Shown: positions 23,927 through 34,902 of the stretch, piece after piece
Layout: each line of letters opens with the position of its first letter
How positions within the stretch are numbered: the first letter of the stretch is position 1
Origin: Paraspadella gotoi
Taxonomy: Eukaryota; Animalia; Chaetognatha
Reading direction: 5' to 3'
DNA: 64,000 bases
NCBI GenBank assembly: GCA_051294375.1
Contig: CM119264.1
Location: 26,446,008-26,510,007, forward strand
Translations under genes and position numbers: made by a program
The notes under the pieces: generated by a model
Told to the model about the DNA's origin: nothing
The model's input: the letters and a program-made list of their open reading frames with translations, nothing else
Database searches by the model: none

Positions 23927-24993
23927 AAAAGGGTGGAGATATTTTGTATTTTAAGACTTAAATATGTAAAAGGGTGGAGATATGTTGTATTTTAAGACTT
24001 AAATATGTAAAAGGGTGGAGATATGTTGTATTTTAAGACTTAAATATGTAAAAGGGTGGAGATATGTTGTATTTTAAGACTTAAATATGTAAAAGGGTGG
24101 AGATATGTTGTATTTTAAGACTTAAATATGTAAAAGGGTGGAGATATGTTGTATTTTAAGATGTTACGAGGCTAGGGATCTCGCCCCTGCTCAGCAACTT
24201 AAGGATAGGAAGGAAGAGAGAGGTACTGAGCTAGTCTTCTCGCCCCTGCTCAGCAACCTAAGGATAGGAAGGAAGGAGAGAGTTCCTCAGCTTGTCTCCT
24301 CGCCCTGCTCCGCAACCTAAGGTTAGGAAGGAAGAGAGAGGTACCTGAGCTAGTCTGCTCGCCCCTGCTCACCTACCTGAGGTTAGGAAGGAAGCGATAG
24401 GTACCTGAGCAAGTTTTCTCGTCACTCCTCTGCTATGTCAGCTATCTCAGCATAGATCATCTTAATGAGAAGTTGGCGGGAAAACAGAAGAAACCAATGA
24501 CAAGCTTGCCACCTCAGCAAGAGAGAGAGGAGGAAAGAGAGATCTCAGATACCACAGCCCTCAGCCAATAGGAGAGAGAGGAGAGCTGAGGGTCCTCAAG
24601 GGGTACTCAGGTTCCTTCGCCTTGCACCAATGAGATGCTCTATTTTATGTAGATGAGGAGGAAGGGTAGGCTAGGTTTTTTCTATAAAAGGAGTGTAACA
24701 AGGCTTCTGGGGGCAGTTCAGCGGCCTCCCAAGAAGAAAGAAGAACAACTGCGCCCCAGCAAGACCAGCGGACCTAAGGAATCAGGATCATAGAGGAACT
24801 ATGCCCAAATCCCCCTGGATAGGAAATCCTTGGCCTGGCAACGCCCTCACTGTTGGAAATAAAGGATGCTAATAAACTACAAAATAAAACTCTAATAAAA
24901 CGTTTTCCTGATAGGAAAAAGTAGCTACTGGGTAGTTGTAGGATTGATCTTTTTGCGGCCCGAAATCCGCAACATAAGACTTAAATATGTAAA
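23927..24993. repeat. 41-bp tandem repeat (aaaagggtggagatatgttgtattttaagacttaaatatgt), about 6 units, the last split by a solo LTR
   Basis: Directly visible; the mirrored haplotype (62465-62565) has only about 2 units. Confidence 0.9.
24162..24974 (+). mobile_element. Solo LTR (813 bp) with 5-bp TSD TAAGA
   Basis: TGTT...AACA termini; taaga at 24157-24161 and 24975-24979; four ~61-bp internal repeats, CCAAT boxes, TATAAAA at about 24683, AATAAA signals; absent from the mirrored copy. Confidence 0.9.
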
Positions 24994-26928
24994 AGCCGAC
25001 GATCGAATTCCGATTGTGAGTGGATAAACGCATAAAAGGAAAAAGGTCACAAAGTCGAAAGAAGCAACGGGGGAGTGTCATTCCCAGAGAGAAATCCACA
25101 GAAAGGACTCGCTATTTAATCCGATGTCCGAAGCCTTTTGTCATTATTAAGAAATCATTTAAATAAATTGAAAAAAAAAAATCTTACTTTTAAATATGGA
25201 AAAACAGTAACAAATACAAATTTCACGTATGTCTGCAACCAAATGGAGTTTTGCGACGAACTGAGTTTTGATTCAAGCCGCCGAAGTTAGAGCGACTTCA
25301 GTGCCTGAAGCGGCTGCTGCTACAGTTCCTGAAACCTGCAGCAAAACTTCATCAAAATGGCGTCTTTCATACTGATAGTAATAACACAGTTTAACAATTG
25401 ATAAAGGAGTTCAATTCCAATTCGTTCTACTCAACAAAAAAAATTTCATTAATCAATTTTATGAACTTGAGGCAATTATTAAAATTAAAGTAAGAATGAA
25501 TGAATATTTCCTTCATTGGAAATAAAAAACTAAAGGAATGTAGAGAACGAAAAAATCTAGGCATTGCTTCAAGATTCAATTTAAATTGCAATTTTGGTTT
25601 CAGTTAAGTACGTTTATAATTTAATTGTACTGTCGAAAAAATGTTTTTTTTTAATTTTTACCGTAATTTGTTTTATAAATAATTTAATAAATAAATCTAT
25701 AAAACAAACTAAGACATCAGGGATATGTCTTAAATTCACTATGACCACCCGCCTTGACCACATCAGCGCCTACCCACCATGCCGCCTTGTGTTCGCGCCC
25801 CAATGGTGTCATTGCCAGTAAGCGGGACGGGAGGTCTAACCCACAGACCCACCTGTCTGTGTCCTGTCTTTGTGCCACTCGAAAGTGAATTAATCCTAAT
25901 TCCGATATTTTGTTTATTGGACGACAATGTCTGAAATAATGCAATGTCATACACTATACCGCTATTCGCCCTGCCTATGAATATCAGGCACATATTCTCG
26001 TGCAGTCGTTTGAAGAACATTCAATATAGCACTTCTCTCTGTACATTCTCATGGAGTGGAAAAATTGAAAAGAAACCAAAAGTTGCAAATGCATTATCAA
26101 AAAAAAAGCTTAATAAATATTACATTAAATGAAGGGATAATTTTTTATATTGGTTGTACCAATTTCATATGTACAAGACCAAAATCGTTAACGACGAAAA
26201 AAAATATAAATTAAATGTAAACGATATTTGACTTCAAATGAAAATGACCGTTTTTACATTTTTGAAAAAAAAAAGCGAATAAAAATAGAATACGTAATGC
26301 TATACGATCAGTCTATCACAAATAATGAAAGAAATATTTAAGTATTATAGCCAATATTATTACACCTGTCCCCCCGTTTTCATAAAACGACATTTTGTGG
26401 CGGTATATTCACACGGTACATTCAGCCATTCCAGCTCAGAGGGGAAACGCACCATCCAAAGCGTTGCGTTCCATCCCCGCTCCGAACGACTTCCCTCTGC
26501 GTTGGCAAAGCGAGACAGTCATAGGGTAACCGAGCCAGTGACTGGAGGCGTCGCTGAGGGTCGGAAACCCCTAAAGCCAACAGTGAGATATCCCATCCCA
26601 ATGGACATCACAGGCAGCCCGGCTGTTATTATAATTTATTGATTGTTCTCAAAAGCAAAAGAAACTTTAAGTTTATGCCGTTTCACCAGACTTGATGAAC
26701 ATAAAGGGTTTCTTATACGAAATAGGCAACGTGATTCTTAGAGACAATAATTTAAGGTTGAGACCAATTAGTGAAATTGATGTGATTATGGACGACACAC
26801 ATTTACGAACCTTGACTAATTCGTATTCATTAAACGCTTGATACTAATTAGGAATGATATAGGATACAACACTTTTTTTTACATTATATGAAATAAAATG
26901 AGGTTAAAGCAGGGAAAAGGAAGCCCCA

Positions 26929-28214
26929 TCAAAGGAACGATTGGACCTCTCTAGCGTTGCTCTCGTTTTCCTTGTTTATTTCCGCTTTTTCTACATCCAC
27001 GTCATCGGGAGATTCTTGAACAGGACTTTTCGTCCCATCTTTTCCGATACATTTCCAAGCTAAAAGTTTTAAGAATTTTTAAATCTTAAAAAGTGTTACA
27101 GTTGTCTGTTTTTTTAATTCAAATCACAGTTTGGAATTTGATTTGATATCAGCAGCCTACTCATTCTCCGTTTCTCAATTTGTATTTACGTAAACTCACC
27201 CATCAAAAAAATGATCGCAACTAAGATCATTAATCCGCAAATGAAGAACACGCAGATGAAGATGAGCTTGTTCGAATCTGAAAGGGCGGAAGGGAAAGTT
27301 TGCACAATTTGTTTTGTTTTGTTTGGTTTTTTAAAAAAATAAAAGGCAACGTTTAATCTATCGGTCACTACAACCATGCTTTATCCTATTAATATTATTA
27401 TTTCCTCACATATTACTATATTTACTTCTTTAATTCTTTGATAAGCAATACTGACCGGTGCATTCATCCCGCAGATCCAAATAACAATCTCGGAATTGGA
27501 CGGAATCTCCGACGCAATCGAGTCCGCCCACACCTTCTTCGCGAACGCAAATCATCTCGCGGCTTTGCTGACCTCGATGGCGCAGGTCAGAGGAGCTGCC
27601 GCCATTTTTCGTAGTTGACGTCGTTGTCGTATTCACAGCTTCAACCAACGGTGACTCACATGTAGCGTTGCATGCGGTCCAGTTCGTCGCAGGTTCATAT
27701 TTTCCATCAACTGCAATCAATACAACAAAAGTGGATATTAAAACATTTATTATAAATTAACATTTTTTTTTCTATTTAATGGCTCTTTTTTATTAACATA
27801 CAAATTATTATTTATATTAAACTTTGAAAAATATTATTTTATACTTGAATAAAAACGAAAAAAAATTGTTAGCTTGTAAAATTCTATCTTCGTGGCCCCC
27901 TGCTAACACCGCTGCCCCCGATGCCGCCGCAGCCACTTACTTCCAACGCAATTCGGATGCTTCAAACACTTGAACGACCTCCTGTAGCCCTTTCCCCCGC
28001 AAACATAGGCGCAGGAAGTTGGTTGGTCGAGCATAGGATCGTAAATGCAGCGCGGCGCCGTGTCGCACCCGTTCCGGATCCAATCGGCGCGCTCGTACTC
28101 GTAGGCGCCTTTCGCAGAATTTCCGGCGGATGCATTCCCTTCGTCGACGGATACGGTCGCCGAGAAAAGCAAGGCGAGGGCCATGAGGCGGAAGAAAAAG
28201 GATCGTGAAGACAT
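26929..28214 (-). CDS. TSP1-array paralogue 4, about 245 aa type I membrane protein (exons 28214-27941, 27710-27456, 27277-27200, 27059-26929)
   Basis: Signal peptide; CDTAPRC..PTSCAYVCGGKGYRRSFKC..C; IDGKYEPATNWTACNATCESP..RGQQSREMIC..GGLDCVGD..C..C (TSP1); TM LIFICVFFICGLMILVAIIFLM; tail ending EVQSFL*. Confidence 0.88.
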
Positions 28215-29056
28215 GACAGAGGTGTGGCAAAACCCGCGCTCCGTTCTGAAAGATAAGAATAATAAAGAGAGAGACTATTTGTAGTCATTCAGTCCGTCTA
28301 TTTTTTTTTTTTTTTTTTCGATTTAAGCTTATCATAACTCGCGTAACACCGCATCATTTTAGTTAATACTTGGGAGAAAGAACAAGTGATTAATAATCAC
28401 TGATTATGACATCTGTTTAATTATTCGGTAGATACGTGATCACCTGAAATTCTGATCAGTGATCACATCACCAGAAAATCAATGCAAAAAAAGCAATTGA
28501 GGCAAACTTTTACATTCACTGTCTTTCGCTTCTTAAGAGCAAAAATGTATGGAAATTTCATCATGATAACAAGAAAAGAAAAAAGCTCACTGGTACGAAT
28601 ACGAAACCTTTTTCAAAAACCACCCCAACTACTCTTAACATCACCTCCCCAAACCCTAACCACCCTTAACCATAACTACCCCGAACCACCCATAACCTTA
28701 ATCAACCCTAACCACCTATAATCCCTAACCATAAAAAAATTATATATACGCGAATAGAAAAATAACCGACTGGGTTGATTCCAGTCGGCCAAAGTAAAAT
28801 AATTCTTCACTTTCTGTTCTTATGTCTCATGTTTCTGTCATCTCGTGATTCTCGTGATCACCTGAGCGAGGAATTATCAAGTCAACTCGACGCAACAACC
28901 GTTTTTTTTTCTTTGTCTGCCGATTTATTTAGAAAGGTGCGGCGTCAGGGTTCAAGATTCGAGTCGATTTCGGGCGAATTTGAGCGAAGACAGTCTTTAA
29001 CAAAAATAGAGATTACTCAGGGAGATGAGTCAGGCGCTTTTTTAAACTTTATTAAA

Positions 29057-29260
29057 CAGCGGCCATTGGTGCCGGAAGCAAGCCATTTGCCTCCCAACCC
29101 AAAGGTCCAGGGTTCTAGCACGGTGGTCGACTAGCAGTTAAGAGGGACGGGGCGCTTAACTCCTCCTGTAACATGGTATTACAGCCTGATCCGAAGCTCA
29201 GGGACTGCTTATATTGAACGGTTCTGTCACTATCACATACCAATAATTACTATCTCTTCA
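29057..29260 (+). mobile_element. tRNA-derived SINE-like family 1 copy lacking the 5' hairpin
   Basis: Aligns by eye with 10815-11015. Confidence 0.75.
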
Positions 29261-29945
29261 ACACATACTTTGCACTGACTTTTAATAATTCGGGGATTGA
29301 TTGATTGATTGACCGATTGATCTCAAGAGAGTCAGTCAGGCGACGACCACTCCCCCAGTCGGTCGTAACTCGAGTAGCGGGCGACGGAGACGAAGGAGGA
29401 ACGGGCGCGTCTCTGGACGGAGATTGAGGACGGAAGTGGCGATTCGGTTGTCATTCCGGCCGAAAAATTGAAAGACGATGAAAGCGGTGGGAGTTGTTGT
29501 TGTTGTTGTTTTTTCGGTGGGGCGGAAATCGTTATGAGTTTTTTTGTTTTTTTTTGTTTGTTTGTTTGTTTGCGCTAAAGTGACAGTGAAATTTTTTTTG
29601 ATTTGGTCTAAAAATAAATAAATAAATAAAATCACGATAATCACGATAAAATCACGTCGAATATTGCTAGTCGCAAATCGGAAAGTTGTTTAATAAAAAA
29701 ATTAATCAACTTTAATAATTTATTTAATTAAAATTCTTCAGTATTTCTTGAATTAATATTTTGAGAATTTTGAGAATTTTCAGAATTTTCGCAAGATAAA
29801 TTTTTGTTCTTTCTCCGTTTTGCCGCGTAATCTCATAAAAACCGACACTGGACGTAGGTACGTGATCAGCGAAGAACTCATGTCGCAGGATATAAGCATG
29901 ACTTTTATTTTTTTTAAACGATTACTTAAAAATATCTGAAGAGAA

Positions 29946-30472
29946 TGTCGCACCGAATAAAGAATGTTTTCTAATCGACAAGCCGGTGCATGTTGAGCAA
30001 TTCCTTGTAATGAAGGCGTGAGGCTTTTGTTCTTCGAAGTTTCTCGGTTTATCGAAGTTCCTCCAAACTTGGATTTCGATTTCGAAGAGGAAAAGAAGGT
30101 TCTAGAAGAGGACGAGGAGGATTTCGGAAGAGGAATCTGGCTTCGTCTACTTACCCTTACTTACCCTTACTTACATATGAAATTGGTACAACCAATATAA
30201 AAATTATCCATTCATTTAATAAATAAGCTATCTTGCCCCTGATTATAAATAGCCTCTGTTTCTGCTTTGAGAATCTTCCAAATTTACCGAAAGCTGGCTA
30301 TTTGATAAGGATAAAAAAAAATTTTCTACGTGAGAATCTAATGAAAATGTTTAAAATCTATTTAGTGGCCCTGCTATTCAGCCAAAGCCAGACAATTTTT
30401 TTTTGTCTGTCTGGTGACTGTGGTTTTGAAAACTCATGATAGGGAAGAAGAGGGTGTGTAAGTTTAACGACA
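29946..30472 (+). mobile_element. Solo LTR related to the Gypsy LTR at 6911-7303, interrupted by a ~90-bp Penelope-like fragment (about 30153-30240)
   Basis: TGTCG...CGACA termini; central part (gaaaagaaggttc.agaagagga.gaggaggat...ctggcttcgtctactt / attataaatagcctctgtttctgctttga) shared with the 6911-7303 LTR; TSD imperfect. Confidence 0.65.
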
Positions 30473-30741
30473 TCGAAAGAGCATCGGAAGATGTCAAGTT
30501 TTCCTTGATATAAACCATGCTGACTCATCAAAAAAAATTCGGCCTCCGGTTCAGACTAGTTCCTAATAAAAACAAAAGACGTTTTTGATTAAGCAGACTA
30601 AATTTCATGGACTGACGTCCAACTCAAAGACATGGTTCCTATGCTACCTTCTTTAAACGAATTTAATACGCCTGTAATACGTATTATTAAACTACAGATT
30701 TTTAGCACTTTTTCTCGTGGAGTATACTATACTAAAATGTA

Positions 30742-31363
30742 AAGTAAGGCGTAGTAAAATTTTTAAATTTAACTTTAATTAAAATTCTAAAAGTGAGGAA
30801 CGAACAACATTATACTAATGAACATTTATGTATAAAAAAATTTATAATAAATTTTACAATTTACACAGTAGGCCAATAAATGTTAAAATTTCAAAACAGT
30901 TTTTTCTAAGATTTTTTTGCAGATTTGGATTCTTTGAGAGTCATCGCATGTACCGAGATAATGAATTTGATTGGATTCATCATAAACAGTTGATAAAGTT
31001 CATTAAGTGGGTCAAAAATTAGAAAAACCTATATTTTAAGCTGAAAATTAACTTTTTATTTATTAAATATAGTTTTTTTTAATTTTTAACCCACTTAATG
31101 AAAGAATTTTTAAAAATGATTTATTTTTTCTTATATCAACTTTTGACGAGGAATTCAAATCTGCAATCAAAATTAACAAAAGCCAATTTTGAAATTTTTC
31201 GATTTTATAAGGATAGTACTATATATATTATATAAATATAGCTTACTGCGAAAATTAAAAAACATAAAATTATTTTTTTTTACAAATTAATGTTCACTGA
31301 TGGTATGTTGTTCATAATTGACTTTTAGAATTTCCGTACGTAACTTTCACTGCGCTCTAATGT
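30742..31363. mobile_element. AT-rich MITE, same family as 13296-13907
   Basis: Shared termini and internal sequence. Confidence 0.75.
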
Positions 31364-31492
31364 AAAGACTAAAGACTATAGTCGAAGTTACCGTCGAGTT
31401 TAAACTTCTAGATGGCGCGCCCGTTTTTCCATTTTCGACTGGAATTTTACTCGGGGAATAACCGAAAAAACTACCTACTTTAAATTTTTTCA

Positions 31493-31616
<124 letters not shown>

Positions 31617-32119
31617 CTCTTTAATTTGTGTATTAAAGGTAAATTAAATGAAATAAAATAACAATAGTCTAAATAATCTCTGTGTAAATCCCAATATTGG
31701 TTGTCAGTTTGCAGACAACACTAGCTACCTAAATGGTTTATTAAGTTTTGGTCATTGAAAGAAAGATAAATTTGATCATCGAATCAAAGTTTTCTACACT
31801 TTTGGATTCAGTACAGCAACTGACATAATTCATGTACAACTCAATTTATTAAATTTTATATGAATGTTTTAAATGTTTAAAATGTTTTAAATTAAGACAA
31901 AGTAAAACATTTTCACTTTTATTTTACATCTTTTGAAGTGCGTTAATTCTGGCTAAGTACAGGCGCAGTTAAGTTCTGATCGATTATCTAGCTATCTACC
32001 ATCAACGACAGCAATATTTATCGAACATGCAACGAAATTAATTATCACAACAACAAATTTTCTTTTAATAAAAAAATAGTTCGAGCACGGCGATCGTAGC
32101 TGAGATACCTAGTTGAGCT

Positions 32120-33694
32120 TCACGAAGACGGAGATTCGATAATATGAGATTGTCCTATCCGACGAAATTTGACGTAAGCCGTTACGGTAACCATGGCGAT
32201 GATGATGATGGGAATCATCATAACCGGAAATACGTTTCCTGAATCGACCCAAGGAAAAACTGTTGGTAGACTGTTTCAAACGGATAATTTTTTATACCTG
32301 ACTCAGCAGTAAACAGTAACAACAAAAATGATTAGAAACATAATATATCCCCTAATTCGTTTAGTTTATTTTTTCATTATTGTGTAATCCTTTCTTTCGT
32401 TGTGTTAATTGGATTTAGAAGATACGTTTGAAATGTTTTACAACAACGATTTTTTTTTAAATTTTCAATCAGAAACGTACATGTTTCGGCTCTATGAAGG
32501 CTATAGAGCTATAGAACTATAGAGCCGAAACATGAACGTTTCTTATTGAAAATATAAAAAAAACGTTGTTGTAAAACATTTCAAACGTCTCTTCTAAGTT
32601 TATTTTTCATATTTGAACGAAGTAATAATGTTTCAGTGGGTAAAAAAAGATTAGTCACAAACGTCAAAACTCCACTGGAAACAACCAAATTGTTAAAAAT
32701 TATGTCGGGATTACAATTAAATACGAGTATTGCAAAGGATATTATTTAATTGCACCTCCGAGGTCGGTGGCGTCGCAACTCATGTACCGCAGGCACGGTA
32801 CGACAACGACCCTGTCACCGACGCAACGTCGCCCGCCGAGTCTCGCCTTTCGAACGCACGTGCGGTGACGGTGGGCGTGGCCTTGATAGACAACGTTGCC
32901 GTCGTCGCGTCTCTGGACCGGCGATCGACAGGTGGCGTTGCATTGGGTGATGAAATTGAGGCGCCAGACGCCATCGACTGAGAATAAAAATTTGGTAATT
33001 TAATATAAATAGTAATATTAGTAGATTAACTACTAGTACATCTGTAAGTTTAATATAATTTAATATAATTTTTATATTGGTTGTACCAATTTCATAAAAT
33101 TCAGCTCCTTGTATTTTGATGCTAGTGCGGAGTACAATAAGTATTCCCCGATCTAATACTTAAGGGAGTGGTCTTTTCATACAATTGAAACATTCTTTGA
33201 AATATTTTCCACTTCATTGATAGGGAAGCCAGGTAATCTGGGAGTAAATAAACGGGACTGTGAGAGAGTCTTGATTGAAAGCTTGCAGGGACCTGCTATG
33301 TAATTATCTTGTAAGAGTGATGGAGGCCTTAAACCACCAAAGCCTGTCCAAAGTCAGGGGCAAGATAGCTTATTTATTAAATGAATGGATAATTATTATA
33401 TTGGTTGTACCAATTTCATATATTTTAGTGCTGGAAATGACGAGATTCGATTACGAAACCTTCCAACCCACCTCCCCGGCAATTAGGTTCCTGCAGACAT
33501 CTCTCAGTCCGACGCCCAACTCCGCCGCAGATGTAAGAGCAACTCGTTGGCATCATCGTCATTTCGGAGAAAAAACAAAATGGCGCCGATCCGCATCCGT
33601 CGCGAATCGAATCGGGGACGACGCTTTGCACGGTGGCGCCGTCGACGGCGAGACGAGTCGTAGCGAAAACGAGAACGGCGCCGAAGACCTGCAT
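32120..33694 (-). CDS. TSP1-array paralogue 5, about 187 aa type I membrane protein (exons 33694-33472, 32977-32756, 32238-32120)
   Basis: MQVFGAVLVFATTRLAVDG signal; CGSAPFC..PTSCSYICGGVGRRTERC..C; VDGVW..QCNATCRSP..GHAHRHRTC..LGGRRCVGD..C; TM VFPVMMIPIIIIAMVTVTAYVKFRR; TATAAAAG about 100 nt upstream. Confidence 0.85.
32415..32597. repeat. Palindrome of Penelope-like terminal sequence with two partial hammerhead halves
   Basis: Arms ...acatgtttcggctc / gagccgaaacatg...; the flank resembles 22080-22180. Confidence 0.65.
33058..33420 (-). mobile_element. Penelope-like retroelement fragment with direct terminal repeat; insertion polymorphism
   Basis: tattggttgtaccaatttca at both ends; minus strand encodes decayed KYFKEC..VLDR..KYKELNFMKLVQPI*, reminiscent of a GIY-YIG C-terminus; absent at the mirrored site (about 53760). 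The same terminus occurs at 26148 and 30178. Confidence 0.6.
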
Positions 33695-34005
33695 GTTGAG
33701 AATAAAAAGTTGGGCCGATGGGATGGGACCGATCTTTGGAGTTGAGAATATTTTACGTCAGCGAGAGAGATGAACGGAGATATTGATGATGGCGGCTTTT
33801 ATAATAATTGTGGAGAATAACAAAAGCCCTGAAGGATATCGGGGCGAAAGTTAAAGCAAAGCACCCGGAACCGACGAGTAAAAATACTTGGCTCATTGGG
33901 CGGTAAATCCCCTTGTTTTAAAAAGGTTCAATCATTTGAGAAGAAAGCGAGAAATTGGGAACCGAATGAGAATTGAATCTACGATATTCAAATTATTGTA
34001 CTGTA

Positions 34006-34902
34006 CAATAAGGCGTAGTGAAAGTTACTTACGAAAATTCTAAAAGTCAATTATGAACAGTGTGGATAAGGCGCTACGTGGGCTGAAGATGACTATCCAT
34101 AACTTCTATAACCCCCTCTAGCAGACATGGAACGGGTCCTGGGCTTGGAACCAGGCTTGAGGGTTTGCCACGCCCCCAAGGCGGCTTACGGCCGTCCTCA
34201 CTCTTCCCGCAGGGTAGGTACCGGGTTGGGATTGAACCCGGTACCTAGTGGTCATGAGCTGATGGCTTTACTCAATGAGCCACTGGGTGAACCTAGGCAA
34301 TGCCTAGGTGAACCTAGGTGAACCTAGGCAATGCCCGACTACATACCATCAGTGAACATTAATTTGTAAAAAAAATTAATTTTATGTTTTTTAATTTTCG
34401 CAGTAGGCTATATTTATATATAGTACTATCCTTATAAAATCAAAAAAATTTAAAATAAGCTTCTCTTAATTTTGATTGCAGATTTGAAATCCTCATCAAA
34501 AGTTGATAAAAGAAAATATAAATCATTTTTAAAAATTCTTTCATTAAGTGGGTTAAAAATTAAAAAAAACTATATTTAATATATAAAAAGTTAATTTTCA
34601 GCTTAAAATATAGCTTTTTCTAATTTTTGACCCACTTAATAAAGGAATTTTTCAAAAAGAGTTATATTTATTTTTATCAACTTTTTATGACGAATCCAAA
34701 TCTGCAAAAAAATCTTTAAAAAAACTGTTTTGAAATTTGAACATTTATTGGTTTAGTACTAGTATAAATATGGCCTACTGCGTAAATTGTAAAATTTATT
34801 ATAAATTTTTTTATTACATAAATATTTATTAGTATAATGTTGTTCGTTCCTCACTTTTAGAATTTTAATTAAAGTTAAATTTAGAAATTTTACTACGCCT
34901 TA
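34006..34902. mobile_element. AT-rich MITE (reverse orientation) carrying a nested ~280-bp insertion
   Basis: caataaggcgtagtg ... tactacgcctta; the consensus atgaaca|acataccatc is split by the insert. Confidence 0.75.
34060..34340 (-). mobile_element. tRNA-derived SINE-like element, family 2
   Basis: Minus strand gtggctcattgagtaaagccatcagCTCATGAccactaggtaccgGGTTCAATCCc: A-box-like, anticodon-loop-like and B-box motifs. Confidence 0.6.

Noticed and set aside
23927-24420. CRISPR-like regular repeats (41 bp and 61 bp)
   Set aside because: Head-to-tail units with no unique spacers, no cas genes, eukaryotic context.
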